The notes under the pieces: model-generated
What the model saw: the letters and a program-made list of their open reading frames with translations, nothing else
What the model was told of the DNA's origin: nothing
Databases searched by the model: none
Part shown: positions 11,238 to 21,552 of the stretch, in pieces
How positions within the stretch are numbered: position 1 is the first letter of the stretch
How the letters are laid out: every line of letters begins with the position of its first letter
Position numbers and translations under genes: made by a program
Assembly: GCA_963575745.1 (NCBI GenBank)
Contig: CAUYUJ010000024.1
Span: 1-64,000 of the forward strand
Direction of reading: 5' to 3'
Source: Prorocentrum cordatum
Lineage: Eukaryota
DNA length: 64,000 nucleotides

Positions 11238-14200
11238 ATGCGAGTGGTGATTTGGACCCCCTTATCTATTTCTGACCCTGACAGATTTCGGTAAATAACG
11301 CTGGAATGCCACCACATCGATGTCATAGTCCTGATCGGCACCCAGAGGAAAGCTTTGAGGCCGCACGATTTGGAGCACGTCCCACACTTCAGAGCATTGC
11401 ACTTTGGCTGGAGCAAGCAGACATACACGAACTCCGCGTGTGGTACCACAGTGCTGCTCAACGAAACCACTAGCAAAGCGCGGGCCATCGCACGAATGTT
11501 GATGCCGAAATCGTGCATTCGTGTACGGGCTGCCGCAGTGCGCCTGAAAAGGTCACAACCATGACGTTACGGTTCGTGGTTTGTGCTGCTGCCCCCGAAG
11601 CCGAGTCAGGCGAGAGCAGGCACTCATGCTAACTACATGTAGCAGCCATGTGACGGATTGCTTGACGGATGTGCTGGGTGACCTCCCCACTCGGAACATT
11701 CCTACCGTTGTTTCGGATGTGAACGACGGTATTGGTATGACGATCGGCCCTCAGGGACTGCAGATGGTATCCTCCCCACAGTCGGTCCCCTATGAAAGGT
11801 CGGAGGAGCACTTGGCGGGAGGGATGCTTCGGAGGACGGCGGCGGTTGACGGGCTGGGGTTCTTGGATACGTTCTTTACTTGTGGCCCGAGTTACTATGG
11901 TCGCCACCTTCCGGTCTAGAATCGACCAGGTCTTGGTTAACCACTAGGTACCCTGCCCAAGGTGACAAGATCCGGTCAGCTTTACAGGTCTACCCGCAAG
12001 CTCCAGGCCATACCGGCTGCGAGACCCCGAGACCATATTGCGTTGCATTCGGAGTTCGATGTCCGCCTACTATGTACAGGGGGGGCTCCCAAGATGCGCT
12101 GGGACTGTGTCGGATTGGCTCGTGCCCTCGCCTCCGAATGTGCTGCGACTCCGTCTCGTACGGCCGCTGAGGTCGCAGCTGCCGACGTTTTGGTGGCAGT
12201 CGGGAGCTACCAGCACGGAAGGGCTCGTAAGGCAGACCCCTGGCCTGGAGACAGCCCGGGATCTCCTCGTGGGGACGCTCCAGCAGACGTGGGGGGGGGA
12301 CCTCTACAGTGCTACTCGCCGTACCCTACCAGCGGCGTGCCAGGAGCCTGCCAGGAGAGGGGGGAGCTTGGTATCGCTCGGACGTGTGCATTTTTCCTTC
12401 GGCGAGGACCACCGAGGAGCAGCCTTGATCATTCGGCGAAAAAACCACGCACGAAACCGAAAAAAGCACAGGGAATGGACGTCCGAGCGATGGCCAGGGA
12501 GGGCTCGTGCTCATGTGGCGGACGAGCTTGATGCTGTGATGCGCCTCACGAGAGTGCCGAAGCAGTGCCGTGCGATGCGACGCGAGCTGAGCAAGACGAG
12601 GGAACGACGCTTGTGCGAGGAGCTTCCTGGGGCGTGCCGGCGGGGGGAGGCTCAGGAAGAGTGGAGAACATGTCGGACATTGGCATCCGGTGGAGTGGGA
12701 TCTCAATCGACTCTCCCCGACTCCCTGCCCACCATGGCCGAGTGGGCCCAAGGCCTGGCCCTCCCTCCCCAAGAGGGGGGGGATGCTCGCTGCCCCCGTC
12801 GACCCGGTCGAATTCATCGCCCCTCGATGCTCCGCGAGGCGACCGCGCCCCACCCGACGGTGCTGCGCGGACGCTGGCGCACGACGTCGATCTCGAGCGT
12901 CTCGCCGAGGGCTTCCCGGCCGGCCGTGGGCGACGAGTGGCGGGTCCCTTGGTCCGTGCCTCCGGAAGTCCTGGGCTCTGCTTCTGTCGGACCGCCCCAC
13001 TCCTAATCCGACTACGATCAGGAGGGAGAGAGACACACGGACACAATTCATCGGCGATTCCCCAGAGCAGATGGGAAACTATGGGGAAGTGGGGGGGGAA
13101 GGCAGAAGCCCCAAAAAATATGCGGAAATCTGGGGGGAATAGTTTTATTCGTGTGTATTTATTTGTGTGTCCGAGGGCCCCTTTGTACTAGTTGACTTGG
13201 AGCCCCGCCCCCGAGCCCACCTGGTGCCCTCATAAAAGGGGTGGGCCACTTCGATTTTACCCCGCGTCCGCCACAAACGGAGGGATGGGCATGCAAGGGG
13301 ATCAGTCTCAAACGTACCAGGTACCCAGATACAACGGAAAGCCTGGGTCTTTTGGAACACGACTGCTTCATGGCATGTGTTCTGTCGGGAAGGCGTGGGT
13401 GAAGTGTGCCCGCCAGGAAACCACTGACACTCCTCACGGAGACTATGGGTACCTTCGAGGCCGCTCACGACTTGGGGTCATCCGTACTACAGCGGCTCTT
13501 TGGAGGCGTATGTGCGAGGCCAATGTCTCGATAGTGGACACCAAACACGATATGACGAATGCGTTTGCGTCAGTGTCGCATTCCGAGCTCGACGGAGCAG
13601 TGCAGACATCATATGAATCCGTGGACGTCCCCTTCATGTGCCAGCGCCACCGACAGGCGTGTTCCCTCGCGCAGGCGAGTGGGGAACAGGCATGGTTCCG
13701 GAACGGGACAGGGAACTTCCAGGGGGATTCCAATTCGGCGACGGTGTTCCGGGAGGCTTTTTGTGAACCAATGCAAGCACGGATTGAGCAGTTGATCAGC
13801 CGCCACCCCCACGATCTTATGGCTACTTGCCCTATTTCGGGAATCGTTTGGGATCTCTCTCTCCGAACGTATGCCGACGACGTGAATAAGTCCCACCAGA
13901 CTACCGACCCTGCGCATACAAGAACGGTTATCGAAACTTCCGGAAGTATACTCAACCGAGAGTTTCGCAATTATGGAGTAGTTCGGAACCAGGTGAACAA
14001 AAACGAGTGTCGCTCATTATGCTGGCCCTGGTCCCACAGGTTCAACAAGTACGTCCACTACAACCCTGGATTCCTGCCAGGCCAGGTTCACCAACAGGCT
14101 CCGTTTCTCGGCGCGATCTTCGATGCGACCCGCAATTGGCGGCCTGAAATGGAGAGCCGTTGCGATGCGATTGCGGGGGGGTGGCACGCGATGCGACGAT

Positions 14201-15420
14201 TTTGGAAATCGAGAGCCTCGCGGACACACACACACACACAAAGCTTGCATTCCGCAGTACTGGTGTTGGCGCTGGTGTGTCGGGCCTCCCCGCTCCTGTT
14301 CCTGCCCCTGCCCAGACTGACCGAGCAGACTCGGCGTGCGCGCGGCACGGCAGGGCTCTACTCGGAGGTGTGGCGGCGAGGCAGACCAGGATAGATGATG
14401 ATGGACTGGAGTTCACGAGTGGATGCGTGGATGCTGGCGTCCACGAGTTCAACCTAGCTATCTGTCGCCCGTGACGAAAGGGCACCGGTGCCATCGGAGG
14501 TCATTCGATTGCTCGCTCGCGTGGTGATTCATGGAGTTTGGGTTCTCTGGCGCGGGAAAAAGTGATGATGGACGGGAGTTGACGGTCATCCGGTCGATGT
14601 CGAATCCTCAGGCGTGGCGACGGCTCGGCCTCGTCCCAAGTAGCGTGGAGCTGCGTGTCCAGAGGTTGAAAAAGGCCGGCAGGACATTGCTGCCGACCCT
14701 GCGCGGCATGCCCGGGAACCTGCTGCAGGCTTCGGCGCACTCCCGCTCGAGGACCCGCGGCCCCAGCTTTTCCCGTGGATGCCGCGCGATCTGGGAGCCC
14801 CAGAGCCGACTGCTATGACCAACCCGCGGGCCCGGCCATTCGTGCAGGACCTGGAGAGCCTCCGAAGCCTGGGCGTGGGGAGGGACTCGTGGGGCGCTGT
14901 CGGCACGGGCCCCCTCGACGTGTTCAGGGCCGGGGATGCGCGGATGACCTTCCGACGGATGGATTCTGCCGTCGTGCGTTCTGCATGGCCGTTGTGACCC
15001 CGCCGCCGTCAGCTGGCCCGGACGAAGTGGGGAGGGGCCTGCCCCTTGATGCTGAAGGATGTTCGTGCCACGGGCGGTTCGGGGCGCGCATGGGCACTGG
15101 TGGTGCATTGGCGGCAGCCCAAGGGGGGCCAACGTGGGGATGGTGGGCTTATTGTTTCTCTGACCACGACGAACCAGTATATCGCGCGCCGGTCTACCTT
15201 CAAAGACCGCGCGACCGCTTTCAGGCATTTGACCTACGCGTGCCAACATGGTCGGTGCATCGTCGATGCCTCGGCCCGGAACTATCTTGTCATCGACGTG
15301 ACAGATGCTACGTGCCCCGAGTGTCTGCAGCCGTCTCGGGAGTTCAATTTTCTGCACCACCACTTGCGCACCCATTTGCCTGAACCGTTGCCCGAATTTT
15401 TCTGGCATGTTCAGTGCGAT
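11238..15420 (+). pseudogene. EN-RT-ZnF polyprotein pseudogene of the element
   Basis: Multiple stops and frameshifts; RT core intact in ORF 13192-14394 (YADD near 13870); interrupted by family D insertion 13018-13185. Confidence 0.85.
13018..13185 (+). mobile_element. Family D element, copy 2
   Basis: Similar to 9960-10123; TSD tacga/tacta (4/5). Confidence 0.85.
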
Positions 15421-16300
15421 GCCAGCGGCGGCCCCCATGGACGCCTGCGATGGCGGCCCGAGGCGGCCAAGAGGCTCCGACAGCGGGAAGGGGGGCCAGG
15501 GTGGGGGCAAGGCCGAGGCAGCCAGGGTCCAACTAGGCGCGCCCGCCAAGGGTACCGACAGCGAGCGCCTCGGCAACGACGAGGTGGACGCGCTGGAAGC
15601 CATGGACCCCGCAGAGATTGGCAGATTGCTCCCAGCGCTCGTGCAGCTGGTCCTGAATCTTGCACTCCAGGCGCGGCATGCGGAGGCAGACGCTATCATC
15701 ACTTTGCTGGCCCCGACTGGGCTGAAGCCTGTGACCCTGGCGCGGCAGCGTGCTCGAGGCTGGCTGGAACGTGTCCAATAGGCGAGGGCCGAGCACACGA
15801 GCGAGGGCGATCTCGCTCAGTTCGTCACGACTGCGCGCGCGGCGGCTGTGGGCCTGGCCGAGGGTCTCCTGGCAGAGGGCGAGGGCGTGGGGAGAGCTCA
15901 CCTCAAGAACCGGCAGGATCTCGAGGGCCACCTGGACGGCATGAGCGTGGACGCGGCTGGAGAAACCGTCGCCCTGGTCAAGGTGCCCGACGTGCACGAG
16001 GGAACGGGCGCCGAAATCCAGAGGTGCGCGAGCAAGGAGACCCCTTGTCAGTCAGCAGAGGAAAAACACACAGACACAATTAATCGTCGACTCCCAGGAA
16101 AATTGGCAAAAATATGGGAAGTGGGGGGGGAGACGAACACCCGGAAAAACATGAGAAAATATGGGGACTCCTTTTATTTGTGTGTATTTATTTGTGTGTC
16201 TTGGGGCCCCTTCAATCAGCAACTGCTTGGAGCAGCTGGGCGCCCAGCGGAAGGATGGCGTGGCGCCCGTGCACCACCTCGAGCGTCCCAGCGCACGGAG
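15419..16300 (+). pseudogene. Downstream ORF of the retroelement, unknown helical protein
   Basis: MPAAAPMD...GKGGQGGGK...LLPALVQLVLNLALQARH; stop at 15779 but the frame continues; interrupted by family D; resumes as LEQLGAQRKDGVAPVHHLER. Confidence 0.6.
16052..16214 (+). mobile_element. Family D element, copy 3
   Basis: Similar to the other copies; TSD gtcag/atcag (4/5). Confidence 0.85.
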
Positions 16301-17498
16301 CCCGAGGGCAGGTGAGCGCGGCGAGTTTTGGGGTCGGCCTGCCAGCATGCCTCCCCCGTCCGTTGATCCTCACTCCGCCTCTACAGTCGGGGCCCTGAAG
16401 AAGGAACCCTTTTCGTTGGGGAGGGGCTCCGCGCTCCTTAAGTGTTTCGCAGCGTGCCTCAGGTTTTCCATCTGTTTTCGATCGGAAATCTAAGTTTAAC
16501 TCATGGAACAAGGGGGCCTCGTTCCTTAGGTCAAGCCCCCGACTGTAGTGACGCGGCTGCTTCCATGCGAGCCGCCGGGTGGGACAGCACCGCGATTAGA
16601 AACATGATTGGAGTGCGTCAGGGTAGGAGGTAATACCAGAGCAGGTAGTTTTTTCTTTCCCCCGGGGTTCCCAGGAGTGAGCCCCCAAAAAGGGGATGTG
16701 GAAATTCCGTACAAAACTGAGGTTGTGTACGCGATTTCCACCGCCCCTGTTTTTGGGCTTGCCCAGGGGGGCTCTGTCTCCTCGGGTCTACTTTCTCCTT
16801 CTGTCCTGTTCCTGATCCTACCAGTGATCTTCTTATGCTGTTCCCGGCGTATCAGTTTCAATCCCTTTTGGTGCAGAGGGGGCTACTCCACGTTGGTAGC
16901 TTGACTGTTTTGCTTGAGGGTCGGATGTAGCTATTGACAAGTTGTGGATTCTCATAGGGCGTGCGCGTGCACCAAATCTTCGGTTGTAAGCTGGTCCTAC
17001 AGCGTCTAGTTTGCCCAGACATCGAACTGTGCTCCAGAGGCGTGCGTCGTGCGTCCTCCTCCTCCTCCTCCTCCTCCTCCTCCTCCTCCTCTCCTCCTCC
17101 TCCTCCTCCTCCTCCTCCTCCTCCTCCTCCTCCTCCTCCTCCTCCTCCCTTCCCCCCAGTCCTACGCCCAGCGCCGTGTACCTGCATTCGTCTTTTGTTG
17201 GCATGCTTTGGGCGTGTGTCGCTGACGCTCTCAGCTGCATGGGCTACGCGACATGGGGCGCCCATGGTGCTCTTGTCGTGCCTTGTCCTCCCAGTCCTCT
17301 TCGACCCTCCTCCCCCCTCCCTCCTTCTCCTCGACCCTCCTCCTCCTCCTCCTCCTCCTCCTCCTCCTCCAAGCCCTTCTTAGGCTCCTCCTGCTTCTCC
17401 TCCTCCTCCTCCTCCTCCTCCTCCTCCTCCTCCTCCTCCTCCTCCTCCTCCTCCTCCTGTCGTCCGCCTGTCGTCTGCCGCGGGCCCCCCCTCCTCAG

Positions 17499-17577
17499 GT
17501 TCACCACGCGCCTCCTCGAGGAGGTGCGCTGCGGGGAGGACTTCGCCGCCGTCCTGCGGGCGCTGCAGCAGCTGGAG
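17499..17577 (+). CDS. Candidate exon g of gene X (FTTRLLEEVRCGEDFAAVLRALQQLE)
   Basis: ctcAG|g acceptor, gag|GC donor, all third codon positions G/C. Confidence 0.7.
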
Positions 17578-17660
17578 GCCTCGGGCAGCTCGCCCCCCCC
17601 CGCGCCGAGGCAGGCGGGGGACCCGGGTCTCCAGCGAGCTCAAGACGAGCAGAGGTCCCC

Positions 17661-17835
17661 GAGATCCAGAGTATGGGAAAGAACACGACGGAGGGTTTTT
17701 CTCTGCTTTTGGCCCCTCGGGGCCCTCGCCGGGCCTCGGGACCGTCGACAAAACGACTCGGGACGAAAAGCCGGTCCCTGGGAGTGGGTCGAGACTTCTG
17801 GGGATTGAAGAAATCACGACGTCAGATCTCTGGGG
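17661..17835 (+). repeat. Dispersed repeat family C (about 180 bp); other copies near 43468+, 44030-, 46145-, 49600-49945+, 50215+, 51760+, 54005-
   Basis: Shared core ggccctcgccgggcctcgggaccgtc...aaaacgactcggga...aatcacgacgtc.gatctctggg. Confidence 0.8.
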
Positions 17836-18080
17836 CATGAGGCTTTGCCCACCTGTCAGCAGCGGCACCAGTCTTCGAAGTGGAGGTCGGCAGCTTCGGA
17901 CGCTGGCTCCTTCCCACAACCGAGGGCGCCCTTGGCGCGCCTGGGCTCAGCCCAGCAAGGCTGGGCCAGGGGACCCTCCTGGGGAGCCATCCCTCGTGCG
18001 GCGATGTCATGGCAGTCTCCGGGCTCGGATGGCCTCTTTCTGGAGTGGCAGTGGCAATCCGGGATCACTGCTTCCAGCAG

Positions 18081-18280
18081 TGGAAGAAGAAACAAACGCT
18101 ACACACATAAATGTTGGGCGCTCCGCGAGGATTTCTTGGATCCGCGCTGGGGCCCCTCGGCGGTGCCTCCGGCGCCGCCCCTCGCGCGCTCCGCGCGCCA
18201 GGGAGGGGGGTCCAGCGCAGATCCAAGAAATCCGCGCGGAGCGCCAACAGTTTATGTTTACAGCGTTTTTTCTTCTTCTA
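18081..18280. mobile_element. MITE-like element (family E) with about 65-bp terminal inverted repeats
   Basis: gaagaagaaac...gatttcttggatccgcgctgg versus ccagcgcagatccaagaaatc...ttcttcttc; second copy at 40175-40362. Confidence 0.85.
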
Positions 18281-19479
18281 GGCAGGGCAAGCTGGTGGCT
18301 TCTTCTGGAAGGGGACCTCTTTCATACGGCCATGGCGCATGCTCATGCATCACCTCGGCGCACTCTGGCAAGAGTCTCGCCCGCGCTGTGGGATGAGTGT
18401 GGGGGGGCTGCCGGGTTGGCCTGCCTGGGAAGGCACCGCACCGAGGGGTTCGAAATGTCCTCATCCCCGCGTGCGCAGCTGATCTTCGAGACGCTCTTCC
18501 ACGAAGCTGTTGTTTGATCCTCTGGCGCGTGATGGTCGTTCCTCCCCCCCTCCCAGAAGCGGTAACGATCGCACGTTATGGGAGCGGCCTGGACCCCCCC
18601 GTCCATGCTGGTGCCCGAAGGCATGTTGTGCCCGACGGTGGCAATCGCGGCTCACCCTCTCCCGGCGTGCCCCACCCCGCCCAAGCGTTACCGCTGCCCG
18701 CTCCTCCCCCCCAGGGTAAAGACCGACGGCCGTTGCGCGGAAATCTAGCAACAACCTCTGTGTACAGCGCAACACTGCGAGCCTTTCTGCAAACAAGGGT
18801 TTGGAGGTCGGACCCGACCTGGCCTGGCCATTGCCGGGCAGTGGGTTGTCTTGCGCGCTCCCGCTCGGCCTTCTCGCCGCGGCCTCCCCGGGCCAGCGCT
18901 CGTCCTGTCCGACTGGACGCGAAACCAGCGTTGTTGACATCGGGGTGCATCGCACTTGTGGCTATCGTAGATCACATCGCTTTTTTCCAGCACTGGCACC
19001 GCACCCCTTTCTACCACACCCCTCTGCGACCCCCCAAAAGTCGGCTGCGGTGCCCAGCTCTCTGCGCTGCGACACTCTTCTGGCGCCCGCCCGAGGGCGA
19101 GGCGGACGGGCCTGCGTCTGCTGCCGGGGGCAGATCCTCGGGACGCCCCGCTGCGCCAGACGGTGCCCCTCGGGGCCAGGCAGCCCTGCTTCCCCTCGGC
19201 CCGCCCCGGGGGTGTCCACTGCACGCGAGAGTGACCCCTCGCCGGAGTGGCCTTTGGTGCTGGCCCACAAAGGGGGTCGGGTGATTCTCATGTGGAGTGA
19301 GCTCGACCTCGCGTCGGCACCCGCATCGCGTGATTACGCTCGCACCTGAGCGCGCCAGGTTTTGGCCCACCCCTGGCAATCGACAGCAGCGCACACGCGT
19401 CGCAGCCTGCAGCCTGCATTGGCTACCCCTGCAGGGGGGGGGGCCGCTGGTCGACGAGACGGCGCGTTCTCCGGCCCAG

Positions 19480-19610
19480 GGCCAGCCCCGCATCCCAGCC
19501 CAAATCCTCGATGGCTGCCATCCGATGGTGGCCATGCGGAGGCGGCAGCAAGTCGCCCAGGACGCCGACGTGGCGGCGGCGCGCCTGTCCGGAGCCGAGC
19601 TGCGGAAAAG
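19480..19610 (+). CDS. Candidate exon h of gene X (GQPRIPAQILDGCHPMVAMRRRQQVAQDADVAAARLSGAELRK)
   Basis: cccAG|g acceptor in phase 0, matching exon g; 3' end uncertain. Confidence 0.5.
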
Positions 19611-19984
19611 CTCGGCCCCTCCTTGGCTCGCCCTCCTGGACTCCCTGCGACCAGCTCCCCTCCCTCCCCTCCTTCCCCTCCCTCCCTCTCGCACCCCCTG
19701 GTTGGAAGGCCCCTCCCCTCCCGGGAGTAGCTCCCCCCCTGCCCGCCCACGTGCCGAATCTCGCACGTGCGTCCCGTGCTGATGTGGACTTGGCCAGCGT
19801 CTCTCCCACAGGGGGCCCATCAGCTACGCCTCGAGTAATTTGAATCCGTCAGTTGCTCCTCCTCCCCCTCACCCCTCTCCTCCTCCTCAGTCCCTCCCCC
19901 TCCTCGTCATACCCCTCCCCTTCCCTTTCGCTCATTATTATTTATCCTTCTCCTTCTCCTCCTCCACTGCTTCTACTTATAGAT

Positions 19985-20625
19985 AACTCCTCCCTGTCGC
20001 ACCCCGAGGCTAGTTTTTAGGGCGGGCCGGGCGTGTCGCTTGAGACTTCCCCGAAACTTACAAAGTGGCAGCAGTTTCACAGTGACAACAGTTTCCCAAA
20101 TGGAGGGCCGGTCGTTTTCAATATGTGGCTCTCGCTTTAGCGCCGCGCACATTCATTTTAAACAGTTGCAATATTTTCACGGATTGAGGGCGGGTCGTTT
20201 TCAAAATGTGGCTCTCGCGTCAGCGATGCGCATATTATTGGTACGTTGCAAGAACTTCACGGACTGAGGGGGGGTCCTTTTCAAAATGTGGTTCTCGCCT
20301 TAGCGCCGCGCACATTCGTTCTAAACATATGCAGGAGTTTCACGGATTCAGTTGATCAGCGTACAAAGAGGTATGTTTAGGAAGGATTCATGATTATGCG
20401 GGTGCGACAAATATGCTGGTTCGCGGTGTTGAAATCCAACATATTGCGTTATGGCGAGATACTGGATCGCCACAACGCAGCCGTTAGCTTGATACGTGGC
20501 GTTAAAATCCCGAGAACAATGTTTTGGCATGCCTCAGGGTCTTCAAACGGTTATCTTCCAACGAGGTAGTTCCCTCAATGGAAATGAGCCGTTGTAGGGG
20601 CCTATGAAGAGGGAGCTTGGAGGGA
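19985..20625 (-). repeat. Dispersed repeat family B, copy 3 (inverted)
   Basis: Reverse complement begins ccctccaagctccctcttcatagg, as in copies 1 and 2. Confidence 0.8.
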
Positions 20626-20739
20626 GGGTTAATTCCAACATCGTTGATGCCTCTTGGGTTTACACTGGTCCTCCTCCTCCTCCTCCTCCTCCTCCTCCTC
20701 CTCCTCCTCCTCCTTTACATTACACAATATGAATACTAC

Positions 20740-21365
20740 TCTCCTCTCTTCCCTGATGACGTCCAGAAGATATCGGGCCCCCCTCCGCGTATTGTTTTTT
20801 ACACAGGATTCCCCGGAAATGGGTTTCCGCTTGGGTTTCAACATGTTGCTCACGCTGAAGCGCTGCCTTTATTTTCGGGCTTCCACTCGCTCCCGCTGCA
20901 GCGTTGGCCTCATTTTCGCGCTTCCGCTCGTTCCTAATCGTGTTCCCGCTGCAGGGCTGGCCTCATGTCCGCGCTTCCGTTCGTCCCGAATCGTGCTCCC
21001 GCTGCAGCGATGGCGTCATTATTTCCAGTGCCATGCCACGGCATGGTTTTCGGTCCTTCCAAACAGGCCCTAAAATCTAGACAATGGCCTCCCGAGTAAA
21101 CCATCGGAAGTGATCACACAATCGGTGCCGATTCGTTGATTTATTGGGCCGCAGAAGCCCCCCTCCACTTTGGGGCGTCGCCACGCCATGCTATGTCATG
21201 CTACGCGTTGATCTTCAACACCATGCTATGCCATGTCATGCTGTGCCATGCTGCGACATCCGATTGTGCGAAGAGAGAGGAGATCTACGCCATAGTAAGC
21301 GATGGGAGGGAGGGCCAGGACGTCAGATATGACGCGAGCGCATCTAGCTTGTCTGCCCCCCCCCC
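20740..21365 (+). repeat. Dispersed repeat family A
   Basis: Collinear with 38168-39000 (cggaagtgat.acaca.tcggtg.cgattcgttg; gacatccga.tgtgcgaa). Confidence 0.85.
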
Positions 21366-21552
21366 GTCCAGTTATCATGCGGAGGGGGCTGTGGGGATGG
21401 GGGGTGATATTCAGTGGGGACGCGAGGAGGCCTCTTTCCGAGCAGCCCAGCTTGTCTCTTGGCCGCAGCGTTTCGGATCGAGCCCCACCGTCTTAAGGAG
21501 GCGGGGCGATGCGCGTGCCCACTTCGGGGAGGGTGGCTTCGTCAATCGATCC

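Larger units (their letters stand above)
11119..17054 (+). mobile_element. Near full-length decayed non-LTR retrotransposon: APE-like endonuclease, RT, C2H2 zinc finger, then a downstream ORF
   Basis: EN remnants from ATG 11238 (MRVVIWTPLS...DVIVLIGTQ, SDVND, RDH); RT motifs DMTNAF, QGDS, YADD, FLG; CPEC...HLRTH finger; (CCT)n on both sides. Outer limits are inferred from the tracts. Confidence 0.85.

Noticed and set aside
17840..18700. Possible minus-strand gene remnant (NNSFVEERLEDQLR)
   Set aside because: Stops, a MITE interruption and no recognisable motif
21136..21552. N-terminal part of the 676-aa ORF
   Set aside because: Overlaps dispersed repeat family A; ATG 21553 is the more plausible start
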